64,000 nt of DNA from Actinomycetota bacterium. GTDB taxonomy: Bacteria > Actinomycetota > UBA4738. The position numbers and the translations under genes are program-made. Below the pieces are notes generated by a model. The model was not told where the DNA came from. It saw only the letters and a list, made by a program, of their open reading frames with translations, and did no database searches. Numbering within the stretch: position 1 is the stretch's first letter; each line of letters starts with the position of its first letter. Positions 20,068 to 31,282 of the stretch are shown here, one piece after another. The stretch covers positions 23,886 to 87,885 of the forward strand of contig DASXTW010000087.1 of the NCBI GenBank assembly GCA_036505215.1. Direction: 5' to 3'.

Positions 20068-20790
20068 TTACTTGATCTCGAGGAGCTTCTCGCGGACGGC
20101 GTACACCACCGCCTCCATCCGGGAATGGAGGTGCAGCTTCTCCAAGATGTTGCGGATGTGGTTTTTCACCGTGTTCTCGGAGATGAACAACTGCTTGGCG
20201 ATGTCCCGATTGTTCAGGCCCTGGGCCACCAGCTTGAGCACTTCCATCTCCCGCTCGGTGAGCCGGGGGGCAGGGAGCTGTTGGCGCTCATCGGCCCGCC
20301 TGGACATGGCAGCGAACTCGGCGAGCAGCTTGGCCGCCATCGAGGGAGAGATCCTGGACTGGCCCGCCCACACCGACCTGACCGCGCCGGCCACCTCGTC
20401 GATCGAGATCTCCTTGAGGAGGTAGCCGGCGGCGCCTGCCTTGATGGCGTCGTACAGATCGGCCTCCTCGTCGGAGATCGTGAGCATCAGGATCTTCACG
20501 TGGGGCAGGAGCTCCTTGATCTGCTGGGTTGCCTCGATCCCGGAGCGATGGGGCATCCGAACGTCCATCAGGATCACGTCCGGCATGGTCTCCTGGGCCT
20601 TCTGGACCGCCTCGTTCCCGTCCCCGGCCTCGCCGACCACCTCGATGTCCTTCTCCTGCTTGAGGACCATCTGGAGGCCCCGCCGGAAGAGGGCATGGTC
20701 GTCGACGATCAAGACCTTGAGCCTCTCGACGTCGGCTTTGGTAGCCGATTCCTTGGCCACGGACCCCCCGGGTCCTAGTGGGGACGGCAT
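20068..20790 (-). CDS. Two-component response regulator, NarL/LuxR family (REC + HTH)
   Basis: KVLIVDDHALFRRGL…DVILMDVRMP (receiver domain) and C-terminal LTEREMEVLKLVAQGLNNRDIAKQLFISENTVKNHIRNI (LuxR-type helix-turn-helix). Confidence 0.85.
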   Translation of the reverse strand: MPSPLGPGGSVAKESATKADVERLKVLIVDDHALFRRGLQMVLKQEKDIEVVGEAGDGNEAVQKAQETMPDVILMDVRMPHRSGIEATQQIKELLPHVKILMLTISDEEADLYDAIKAGAAGYLLKEISIDEVAGAVRSVWAGQSRISPSMAAKLLAEFAAMSRRADERQQLPAPRLTEREMEVLKLVAQGLNNRDIAKQLFISENTVKNHIRNILEKLHLHSRMEAVVYAVREKLLEIK

Positions 20791-20832
20791 GATCCGGATT
20801 GCGTGCCCCATGAGAACTAGTCTTGGGAGATT

Positions 20833-21156
20833 CTAGACCATCGGTCCAGCCTGTCGGCGATCCCGGAGCTTCCCTCGGTACCTGGTTATCTGGCGCTCCA
20901 GTCGCTGGATCACCTGGTCGAGTGCTGTGTCGACGTCCTGGCCGGAGCCCGCCGCTCGAAAGACGTGCCTGGCGGTATCGCACGCCACCTCGACCCGATG
21001 GCTGCCGTTGATCCGAGGGTTGTGCTCCTGGGTGACCTCGATCTCCAGCCGTCTGACCCTGGGTTCGAGCCGCGCGATCTTGGCCGTCTTGTGCTCGGCC
21101 GTCTTTCGGATCTGATCCGTTATGCGGACTCCTCGGCCCTTGAGGACGAGATCCAC
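20833..21156 (-). CDS. hpf: Ribosome hibernation promoting factor (short HPF/YfiA/RaiA family)
   Basis: 107-aa sigma-54-modulation/YfiA fold sequence MDLVLKGRGVRITDQIRK…. Conserved position between secA and comF. Confidence 0.85.
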   Translation of the reverse strand: MDLVLKGRGVRITDQIRKTAEHKTAKIARLEPRVRRLEIEVTQEHNPRINGSHRVEVACDTARHVFRAAGSGQDVDTALDQVIQRLERQITRYRGKLRDRRQAGPMV

Positions 21157-21401
21157 TCGTCATCCCTCCCTTTCCGGGGGTCTACGTTCGGCTTCGGGCG
21201 GAGGTGCGAAACGGCTCCCACCTGGCTGACCTGGTCTTTGGCCCCACACTCGCCTGCGGAGGGGTTCGCCGCCGAAGAGGCGGTTTAGCGCCTTCTCCCG
21301 AGCGGCAAGGCCGCGCGGGGCAGGACTTACATCTAAGCCGCACCATGCTCAGCGACCAACGGTCGCCTTACGTGGGTCGTTTCGCCTGCGACTAGCATCG
21401 A

Positions 21402-22175
21402 CTACCGGGAGGACCTCCCCCGGGCAACCACAGACCCAGGCGGGAACCTAGCCGGATTATAACAACGGCCCGGGACGCCCCCTCCCAGAGACCTCGCGGC
21501 CGTGAGGACGCCGACTTCGGCTGCGCCCGCCCTGCGCAGCACGGTGGCGCACTCGGCCGCCGTTGCTCCACTCGTGAGCACGTCGTCCACGAGCACGACT
21601 CGGACGGATTGCACCGGCCCGGCTGCGGCGAAGGCGCCTTGCAGAGCCCGGCGTCGTTCCGGCCCGGCCCTGCGGGCCTGGGGTGCCGTCTCAACAGCCC
21701 GGCGGAGGAGCGCTCGCACCGGCCACCCGGCCAGCGCCCCGACCGCGAGAGCCAGCACTTCGGCCTGGTCGTACCCGCGCTCCCGCCTGCGTCGCGCTCC
21801 AAGCGGCACCCACGTCACGACCGATGGCTCATCCTGCCCACCGGCTCCGCCGACCGGCGGCGCGCGGGCCAGGGCTTCCACCATCGAAGGTGCGAACGCC
21901 TGGGCCACGTGCGAAAGACCCGAGAACTTGAGGCGCAAGAGCGCAGACCGGACCGGCCCCTCGTAGAGGAACGCCGAGCGAGACCAGCCGATGACCGAAG
22001 GGGGGCAATCGCCGCACATCCCGATCCAGTCCTCGAGCGGCCGTCCGCATCGCCGGCAACCGGGAGGGGCCAGCAGGGCAACGCGGGCCGCGCAGCCCGG
22101 GCAGAAGGGCCAGGAGCGGTGGCCGCACCCGACGCATCGTTTGGGGAAAAGGACATCCAGCAGCCGGTCCAGCAT
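21402..22175 (-). CDS. ComF family phosphoribosyltransferase-domain protein
   Basis: N-terminal zinc-finger CVGCG…CPGC…CRRCG…CGDC and a C-terminal PRTase motif VVLVDDVLTSGAT. Confidence 0.75.
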   Translation of the reverse strand: MLDRLLDVLFPKRCVGCGHRSWPFCPGCAARVALLAPPGCRRCGRPLEDWIGMCGDCPPSVIGWSRSAFLYEGPVRSALLRLKFSGLSHVAQAFAPSMVEALARAPPVGGAGGQDEPSVVTWVPLGARRRRERGYDQAEVLALAVGALAGWPVRALLRRAVETAPQARRAGPERRRALQGAFAAAGPVQSVRVVLVDDVLTSGATAAECATVLRRAGAAEVGVLTAARSLGGGVPGRCYNPARFPPGSVVARGRSSR

Positions 22176-22244
22176 GCCCGAAGGCTAGCGGCCGCCACCG
22201 ACAACTCGCCCCGGTTGACCGACGTGTCGCTGCGGCGGAGGCGG

Positions 22245-22970
22245 TCAGGGAATCTGCAACGACAACGGATCGCCGGCCTCGCCGGACGGAATCTTCATCA
22301 CCACCTGGAGCGAATGGACGGAGCGCATCAAAGGGTACGTGACCGTGCGTCGCTCGCCAGGGCCTCGTGGCTCCGACAGCCTAGACCCCGCTTCGTCTGG
22401 AAGCCTCTCGAGCTCGGCCCCGTCGGCCATCAATACGGCCCAGGCCCCGCCGTCGGGCCCCTCCACGGCCGCCGCGTCGCCGGACCCCTTCGGCTGCCAC
22501 AACACCGCAGCGGAGTCCCACCCGAGCTCCACGCGCTCCACATGAAAGGACAGATCGCCTGCCCGAAAAAGCTTCGCGACATGGATGGTTCCCTTGCGCA
22601 CGTCGCTCCGCGGCCAGGGGATAGTGAACGGACGACCTGAGTAGGGATACGACCTGCCCCCGTCGACCCGCAGGGACGACTCGACCATGTACCAGGACGC
22701 TTCCATCTCCGACACGGCGACTTCGAACGGGACGAAGAGGTCTCGGTTGGGGGCCACGTCCAGGAGCCGGTCTTCGAGGACGATGGGCATTGCCGGGCCG
22801 GCCGGGATCCGGGCCACCCTGGCCCAGTCGAACTTGACCGCGTGGGGATCCCCGTCTCCTCCCTTGAGCACGAAGGCGCCCTTGATCGAGGCGGGGAACC
22901 GTTCGAACCGAATCTGGACGCGCACCGGCAACTCGCCCAAGCCGGTGGCGTCCCGGTCTGCGCTCTTCAC
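22245..22970 (-). CDS. Conserved hypothetical protein
   Basis: 241-aa ORF with reasonable codon usage. Overlaps the mtnA stop by 4 nt (operon). No recognisable motif. Confidence 0.5.
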   Translation of the reverse strand: MKSADRDATGLGELPVRVQIRFERFPASIKGAFVLKGGDGDPHAVKFDWARVARIPAGPAMPIVLEDRLLDVAPNRDLFVPFEVAVSEMEASWYMVESSLRVDGGRSYPYSGRPFTIPWPRSDVRKGTIHVAKLFRAGDLSFHVERVELGWDSAAVLWQPKGSGDAAAVEGPDGGAWAVLMADGAELERLPDEAGSRLSEPRGPGERRTVTYPLMRSVHSLQVVMKIPSGEAGDPLSLQIP

Positions 22971-24097
22971 GCCGGAACCTCCGTTGCGATCCCCGAGCCC
23001 TCCCCCGGCCCAGCGCCCCGGCGGGCCAGACGCTTCAAAGAGGACGGGTACGGAGGCCGGATAACCCCCCGGTCGGTGACGATGGCGGTGATGAGCGCGG
23101 CGGGAGTGACGTCGAACGCGAGGTTGAGCGCCGGTGTGCGCTCGGGGGCGAACGGGACCCCGAGGGGCTCTGTGACCTCACGCGGGTCGCGCTCCTCGAT
23201 GACGACGGCTTCGCCGGTCGGCGTGTCGAGGTCGACGCTGGAGAAGGGGGCCGCGACATAGAACGGGATCCGATGATGGGCGGCCAGCACCGCCAGCGGG
23301 TACGTGCCCACCTTGTTGACCACGTCCCCGTTCTCGGCGATCCGGTCAGCCCCGACCACGACGGCATCCACCAGTCCGCTGGCCATGAGCGACCCCGCCG
23401 CTGCGTCCGGCACCAGCGTCATCGGCACCTCGAAGCGCTGCAGCTCCCACGCGGTGAGCCGGGCCCCCTGGAGGACGGGCCTCGTCTCATCAACCCAGAC
23501 GTGGATGTGCTTGCCCATGTGGTGGGCCGCCGCAATGACCCCCTGGGCGGTTCCCCACCCTCCTGTGGCCAGCGCGCCCGTGTTGCAGTGGGTGAGGACG
23601 TTCGCCTTCTCTGGAAGCAGCTCGCCACCGAGGCGTCCGATCTCCTCGCACGAGGCTTCGTCCTCGAGGGCAATCCTGGTGGCCTCTTCCATCACCACAC
23701 GACGCACGATGCTCGCTCCCTCCCGGCCTTTCGCGACATCGGATCGGGCTGCTCGATCGGCCACCTGTGTGATCCTGTCCACCGCCCATGAGATGTTCGC
23801 AGCAGTCGGCCGGCTCGCGTTCAGCAGCTTTCCGGCTCGGGCCAGATCGCGGAGGACACCGCTCGGTCCTCGCGCCTTCGAATGACGAGCGGCGAGGGCC
23901 ATCCCGTAGGCTGCGGCGATCCCGAGGAGCGGGGCACCTCGAACCGCCATCGTCCTGATCGCCTCGGCCACGTCCTCGGGCATGCGAGCCCTGAGATATC
24001 GCTCCGCCCGAGGAAGCCTCCGCTGGTCCAGGATCCGCACGATCCCGCCGGCCCACTCCACCGGCGTCACGGGGACCTTGCCTGCGAACTCTCTCAC
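22967..24097 (-). CDS. mtnA: S-methyl-5-thioribose-1-phosphate isomerase (eIF-2B alpha/beta/delta family)
   Basis: …LGIAAAYG…TGALATGGWGTAQGVI…VGADRIAENGDVVNKVGTY… is typical MtnA. Confidence 0.8.
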   Translation of the reverse strand: MREFAGKVPVTPVEWAGGIVRILDQRRLPRAERYLRARMPEDVAEAIRTMAVRGAPLLGIAAAYGMALAARHSKARGPSGVLRDLARAGKLLNASRPTAANISWAVDRITQVADRAARSDVAKGREGASIVRRVVMEEATRIALEDEASCEEIGRLGGELLPEKANVLTHCNTGALATGGWGTAQGVIAAAHHMGKHIHVWVDETRPVLQGARLTAWELQRFEVPMTLVPDAAAGSLMASGLVDAVVVGADRIAENGDVVNKVGTYPLAVLAAHHRIPFYVAAPFSSVDLDTPTGEAVVIEERDPREVTEPLGVPFAPERTPALNLAFDVTPAALITAIVTDRGVIRPPYPSSLKRLARRGAGPGEGSGIATEVPA

Positions 24098-24522
24098 CCT
24101 CCAGCCGCTCCCTTGTCGCGGGCCTGGCGCACGGTCAGTTCGACCGCGCGCATCAGCGAGGTGGCGAACACGTAGACGCCATGCTCGCCCGAGATCACCT
24201 CTCCTCCCGGAACCGTGCCCGGCGGGTGGGCATGGACCACGGCCCCCCGGCCTCGTTCCCGATACAGGCGACGGTGCACGGCAAGATCGCTGGACGCCCC
24301 GTCCAGGGCGGCCTCCAGCGGTCCGGCCACGAGGTGCTGCATATCCAGCCCATCCAGAGGAGCTCCCGCACGCGTGATCACGATCGTCGTCCCGTCGAAC
24401 GTCGAGAGGTTTCCTTCCGTCCCCCTGACCAGCCCGAGCGAGAAGAGGGCCCGGCCGGCCGAGCGAAAGGGATCAGTCGCTGGCTCGGCGTCGGTTCGCT
24501 TCGTGCTCCTCCGCGCCGTCAC
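24094..24522 (-). CDS. Short class II aldolase/adducin-domain protein (MtnB-like, C-terminally truncated relative to the family)
   Basis: …ALFSLGLVRGTEGNLSTF… and …AVVHAHPP (zinc-ligand motifs of class II aldolases), but only about 47 aa follow HAHPP. Start set at GTG 24522; the longer track ORF runs through the ahcY 3' end. Confidence 0.5.
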   Translation of the reverse strand: MTARRSTKRTDAEPATDPFRSAGRALFSLGLVRGTEGNLSTFDGTTIVITRAGAPLDGLDMQHLVAGPLEAALDGASSDLAVHRRLYRERGRGAVVHAHPPGTVPGGEVISGEHGVYVFATSLMRAVELTVRQARDKGAAGG

Positions 24523-24530
24523 AATTCGGT

Positions 24531-26745
<2,215 letters not shown>

Positions 26746-26782
26746 GCCCGGGACCGCCGACTCGAGCTCTCCTGCGACCTCA

Positions 26783-27850
26783 TCATCGGAGCCGTTCCTT
26801 CAGCCGGGTCAAGACAGGCGCGGGCATCGGATCCACACCGCGGAGGATCGCCAGATACGTACTGGTGAAGTCCGCCAGCATGACGAAGGAACAAAGGATG
26901 CCCAGCGGGGTCGATCCTTGGACGGCGACCTCTCTGCACTCCAGGCCCGAGCCGGCAATGGCTTCCATTGTGGCTTCCACTCGCCTGGCGATCCGAGGAT
27001 GCTCGCCCGGATGCCGGAGCACGACGAGGCCGAACGGCCGGCCCGTCCGATCGGACCAACCTTCCACCTCGTTGTGATCGAGCTCGGGGAGAACGGCGTG
27101 GAAGGCGGGCACCTTCGCATTCTCGTTCAACTGCGTCTTCCATCGAAGCGCGGCCGCCTCGGCGAGGCCCTCCGAGCCCCACACGACAGGGGTCCGACCC
27201 TGCAGCCACTCGGCGAGCCATTTCGCCCGGTTTCCGTCCACCGGCCGGTCCGGGGCGAGCTCCGCAGAGAGCGGCCCGAGGACATCCGAGGCTCCGTCGA
27301 GCTCGGCACCGGCGTCGGGAAGCAGCCCGACGGCTTCGAGAGCTCCCACGGCGGCCCCGACCAGAAACCCGAGCGCGGCACGCGGTGCCGGAACATGGCC
27401 CGGGATGGAGACGTGCGGGGCCCCGTCCGATCGGGCCAGCGCGGCCAGCTGCCCGCCGGAGCTCAGCGCGATCACCCGGCAGCCCACCGCGACTGCCTGC
27501 GAGTACGCGGCCAGCGTCTCCTCGGTCTCCCCCGAGTACGAGATCGCGATGACCAGCGTGTCCTTCCCACAGAACCCCGGCAGCCCGTAGCCCTTGACGG
27601 TCATCAGGGGAACGGGCAGTCGATCGGCGAAGCAGGCTCTCAGGAAGTCTCCGACGATCCCCGATCCTCCCATCCCGCACACGGCTACCGAGCCGATGTC
27701 TCCGGCGGTGGGCAGATCAGGGGCTCGCCGGCCGAGCGCGAATCCCTCGCCGAGCTGCGTCCCCAGGTCCGCCACCAGCGCGAGCATTCCCCCGGGATCG
27801 GCCTCCCGGACTGTGGCCGGGTCGTCGAGTGTGCCCTGCCCCTTCCTCAT
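26783..27850 (-). CDS. Bifunctional phosphoglucose/phosphomannose isomerase (SIS domain, archaeal-type PGI/PMI)
   Basis: Double SIS-domain architecture (…VAVCGMGGSGIVGDF…, …ISYSGETEE…). Adjacent to the phosphomannomutase gene. Confidence 0.75.
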   Translation of the reverse strand: MRKGQGTLDDPATVREADPGGMLALVADLGTQLGEGFALGRRAPDLPTAGDIGSVAVCGMGGSGIVGDFLRACFADRLPVPLMTVKGYGLPGFCGKDTLVIAISYSGETEETLAAYSQAVAVGCRVIALSSGGQLAALARSDGAPHVSIPGHVPAPRAALGFLVGAAVGALEAVGLLPDAGAELDGASDVLGPLSAELAPDRPVDGNRAKWLAEWLQGRTPVVWGSEGLAEAAALRWKTQLNENAKVPAFHAVLPELDHNEVEGWSDRTGRPFGLVVLRHPGEHPRIARRVEATMEAIAGSGLECREVAVQGSTPLGILCSFVMLADFTSTYLAILRGVDPMPAPVLTRLKERLR

Positions 27851-28026
27851 CCGGAGCCGTCTGGCTTCTCGGCCTCGTCGATCAACATCACCGGGATGTC
27901 ATCCCGGACCGGATAGCGCAGCCCACACTTCGTGCAGATGATGTACTCGGGGTTCTCCTGGTAACGAATCTCGCCCCGACAGCTCGGGCACACCAGGATC
28001 TCCAGTAGTTCCTTGTCCACCGGCAT
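27847..28026 (-). CDS. Trm112-family (DUF343) small zinc-ribbon protein
   Basis: MPVDKELLEILVCPSCRGEIRY…CTKCGLRYPVRDDIPVML, 59 aa. SD AAGGGGGA upstream. Confidence 0.7.
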   Translation of the reverse strand: MPVDKELLEILVCPSCRGEIRYQENPEYIICTKCGLRYPVRDDIPVMLIDEAEKPDGSG

Positions 28027-28046
28027 GGTTCCCCCTTTGTATCGCG

Positions 28047-29402
28047 TCAGTTCGTGTGGTTGATGAGAGCGAGGACTTCGGCCGTCTTCTCCTTCAACAG
28101 CTCCTCCGTGGCGGCTTCCACGTTCAGCCGCAGCAACGGCTCCGTGTTCGAGGGCCGCACGTTGAACCACCAGTCGTCGTATTCCACGGTGAGCCCGTCC
28201 ATGCGATCCTGCCGCGCATCGCGGTACGCCTCCGCGATCCGCTGGATGACCGCCTCCTTGTCCTCCACCGGCGAGTTGATCTCGCCGGAGTCCGCATAGC
28301 GCCGTAGCGGATCGAGCAGCTCCGACAACGGCTTCCCCGCCTTCGACATCTGATCCATGACGACCATCGAGGCCACCAGCCCAGAGTCCGCGTTGTAGTG
28401 GGCGCGGAAGTAGTAGTGGCCAGAGTGCTCTCCACCGAACACTGCGCCGGTCTCGGCCATGACCTTCTTGATGAACGAATGGCCGACCCGGGTCTTCACC
28501 GGCGTGCCCCCGTGCTCCCGGATCACCTCCGGAACGACCCTGGAGCAGATGAGGTTGTGCAGGATAGTGGCTCCCGGCTCTCGCTCGAGCATCCCGATCG
28601 CCACCAGCGCGGTGACCAGGGACCCACCGACTCCCCTGGCGTGCTCGTCGACGAGGAACACACGGTCCGCGTCGCCGTCGAAGGCCAGGCCCAGGTCGGC
28701 CCCATGCTGGAGGACCGCCCGTTTGACGTCCTCCTGGTTCTTGGGGTCGATGGGGTCGGCCGGGTGGTTGGGGAACGTCCCGTCCAGGTCCATGTACAGG
28801 GGCACCAGCTTGCCGGGCAGGCGCTCGAAGAGTTCTGGCACGACCAGCCCCGCCATCCCATTGGCGGCGTCGGCAACGACGGTGAACGGCAGGAACCGCT
28901 CGAGGTCCACGAAGGAGAGCAGGTGCTCGATGTACTCCTGGCGCATCTCACGGGGAGTGATGAGGCCACGGGCGGGGGCGGCGCTCGCGCCGGGCGGCGA
29001 CTCCTGCTCCGCCAGGGCCCGTACCTCTTTGAGGCCGCTCTCGACGCCTACGGGCCGGGCGCCGGAGAGGCACAGCTTCAACCCGTTGTACTCGGGGGGG
29101 TTGTGGCTCGCCGTGAACATCGCCCCGGGCAACGAGAGTCTTCCGGAAGCGAAGTAGACCATGTCGGTCGTGGCCAGCCCTATGTCCACGATGCCCACGC
29201 CGGCCCCCGTCACACCAGAGGCGAAGGCCTCGGACATCGGGGGGGAGGACAGACGGCAGTCCCGGCCGAGGACGATCCGTTCGGCTTTGGCCCAGGATGC
29301 GAAGGCTCGCCCGATCCTGTATGCGGCGCCTTCGTCGAACTGCTCTGGATAGACGCCGCGGATGTCGTAGGCCTTGAAGATGCGCTCGAGGTCGGCCGCC
29401 AT
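28047..29402 (-). CDS. Phosphomannomutase / alpha-D-phosphohexomutase
   Basis: Starts at MAADLERIFKAYDIRG; active-site TASHNP; Mg loop DGDADR. The 80-codon 5' extension in the track was rejected. Confidence 0.85.
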   Translation of the reverse strand: MAADLERIFKAYDIRGVYPEQFDEGAAYRIGRAFASWAKAERIVLGRDCRLSSPPMSEAFASGVTGAGVGIVDIGLATTDMVYFASGRLSLPGAMFTASHNPPEYNGLKLCLSGARPVGVESGLKEVRALAEQESPPGASAAPARGLITPREMRQEYIEHLLSFVDLERFLPFTVVADAANGMAGLVVPELFERLPGKLVPLYMDLDGTFPNHPADPIDPKNQEDVKRAVLQHGADLGLAFDGDADRVFLVDEHARGVGGSLVTALVAIGMLEREPGATILHNLICSRVVPEVIREHGGTPVKTRVGHSFIKKVMAETGAVFGGEHSGHYYFRAHYNADSGLVASMVVMDQMSKAGKPLSELLDPLRRYADSGEINSPVEDKEAVIQRIAEAYRDARQDRMDGLTVEYDDWWFNVRPSNTEPLLRLNVEAATEELLKEKTAEVLALINHTN

Positions 29403-29479
29403 CGCGGCCGATTCTAGCCGACCGACTGTCCCCGCCCTCCTGGAACTCGGTCGCCGATGGCAGGCCGAGAGGGAGACCG

Positions 29480-29665
29480 TTAGCGGTTCGCGACCAGGTC
29501 CAGAACTGAGCCCAGGGGGACGTTCTGTCCCTCGCGCTCCCAACCTCTCCACTCGCACACGGGGCACGAGGTGAAGCACGTGGCGGAGCCTGCGAGGGTC
29601 ATGGTCACCCGGAGCGTCTCCTGCGAACCGCAAGAGGGGCACGAGTTATGAGAAACGAGAGCCAT
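29480..29665 (-). CDS. Small zinc-ribbon protein (61 aa; DUF3039-like, syntenic with the mycobacterial gene next to pmmA)
   Basis: MALVSHNSCPSCGSQETLRVTMTLAGSATCFTSCPVCEWRGW… with two CxxC pairs. AGGTG SD 3 nt upstream of the ATG. Confidence 0.55.
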   Translation of the reverse strand: MALVSHNSCPSCGSQETLRVTMTLAGSATCFTSCPVCEWRGWEREGQNVPLGSVLDLVANR

Positions 29666-29830
29666 CGCACCTGGATGCATCGGCGTAACCACGCGCCGAG
29701 CGCATAGTCCCCCGGCCCGATTTTTTGACCTCTCCACATGGACTAAGGGGCATCCCCCAGTCGGGGGATGCCCCTCTCCGTCTCCTCGTCTCCTCGGGAG
29801 CCGCCCGCCTGCGGCGGACCGCTCCGCGAG

Positions 29831-29885
29831 CCAGGGGGTCCGCAACTGCCTCGCTTCGCTCGTTGCTGCTACCCCCTGGACCCCC
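29831..29885. repeat. GC-rich hairpin repeat, family member (ccagggggt…cgcttcgctcg…accccctgg)
   Basis: Perfect 9-bp terminal inverted repeat. Its reverse complement aligns to the 41876-41942 element (gggggtccaggggg…cgagcgaagcgag…). Confidence 0.6.
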
Positions 29886-31282
29886 TACGTCATCGGCAAG
29901 CCGAGGGTTGCAGCGTATCCCGTTCGATCCGGGGAATAGGACACGGCCGCGGCCACGATCGTTCCACCCCGGGCACTCACCAGGGCGGAAACAGGGCGCC
30001 CCCCCTGGGACGGAAGCGTGATCCTGATCGTCCTTCCCGGCGGGATCGTCCGCTGGCGGATCGATGCCGGTGGAGGCCGGTCGCTCCCGATGAGCCGGAA
30101 GGACACCTCCACCCGCCCCCGGCCGGGATTCTGTAAAAGAAGGAACGAGCGGCCGCCCGACATAGGAAGAGCCGGCATGACCAGCCAACGTCCGGCCGTG
30201 ATCGTGGATCCGTTGAGCATGGCCGAGTCTCCGCCAGGCCCGGTGAGCCTCAGCCCCGCGATCATGGGGCGACCGTTCGAGGCGGCCACGAGCAGCCCGG
30301 CATCTTTCACCCGTTCCGTCTGGAAGGTCTTCACCTCGGCGGGTCCGACCGAGAAGCCCTCCGGACCCGACACCAACCGTTGAACCTTAGGCCCTTCGGC
30401 CACGGCCGAGAGGTCGGCCCTGGAGGCCCCATCGTTCAGAACCACAAGGTGCCGAGCTCCCACATCGGCGCCGGCCGGGATCAGCCACCGGGTTCCGGCA
30501 CCGGGGACGCCCGCCTCGATCCTGATCCCTCCAATCGACAGCGCGAGGCCTCCGGCCACCACCCGGCCCATCCGCTGGATCACCCGCGCCGTGAGCGATT
30601 CCTCGCCTGGACCCTGAAGGAGGAAATCGTTGACCGGGATGCCGACCGAGTGTCGTGGAGCCAGCACGAACGGGCTCAAGGGGCCCGCCGCCACCACTCG
30701 CTTCTCCGTTCGCAGGACCACGTCGAACTCGGCGGGCTCGTCGAAAGGATTCATGACCACCAGATACGAGGTCTGGCCGGCGCCGGTGGGGACATCCATG
30801 ACGAACCAGTTTCGATGGGCTGCCTGCTCGCATCGCTCGGCGGCCAGTCCGCCGGGGGCAACCGTGGCCACGATGGCAGCAGCGCCCACCACTCCGCCGA
30901 AGTACTCCACCTGCGTGGCGTCGGCCGGGTCGTCCGCGGAGACCTCGCGGTAGACCTGCCTGAGAGCGCCGACGGCGAACGTGCTCACCGACCGCGTCCC
31001 ATCCTTGCCCAGCTGGGTCAAGCGGACCCGGACTCGACGCTGCCCTGGATTCGTCACCACCACCCATCCCTGCCACCCGCTGTGCCCCCCGTGCGGGCAG
31101 AACAGAGCGCCGCTCGGGCCGGCTGAGGGAGCGCCCGCAGCCGCGCCCCTGGGCCCAACCGCGCGGTCCAGGACGAGGCCCGACCCGGTCAGGAAGGCCA
31201 CCGCGACCAGCAGAGCGACGGCTCGAACCCGGATGCCCGGCAATCGGTGGGCCTCACCCTCCACTGGTTCCATCTCAGCCAT
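29885..31282 (-). CDS. Membrane-anchored extracytoplasmic hypothetical protein (single N-terminal TM, 465 aa)
   Basis: N-terminal hydrophobic helix AVALLVAVAFLTGSGLVL followed by a large Gly/Val/Ala-rich domain. Start overlaps the stop of the upstream GT2 membrane protein. Confidence 0.55.
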   Translation of the reverse strand: MAEMEPVEGEAHRLPGIRVRAVALLVAVAFLTGSGLVLDRAVGPRGAAAGAPSAGPSGALFCPHGGHSGWQGWVVVTNPGQRRVRVRLTQLGKDGTRSVSTFAVGALRQVYREVSADDPADATQVEYFGGVVGAAAIVATVAPGGLAAERCEQAAHRNWFVMDVPTGAGQTSYLVVMNPFDEPAEFDVVLRTEKRVVAAGPLSPFVLAPRHSVGIPVNDFLLQGPGEESLTARVIQRMGRVVAGGLALSIGGIRIEAGVPGAGTRWLIPAGADVGARHLVVLNDGASRADLSAVAEGPKVQRLVSGPEGFSVGPAEVKTFQTERVKDAGLLVAASNGRPMIAGLRLTGPGGDSAMLNGSTITAGRWLVMPALPMSGGRSFLLLQNPGRGRVEVSFRLIGSDRPPPASIRQRTIPPGRTIRITLPSQGGRPVSALVSARGGTIVAAAVSYSPDRTGYAATLGLPMT

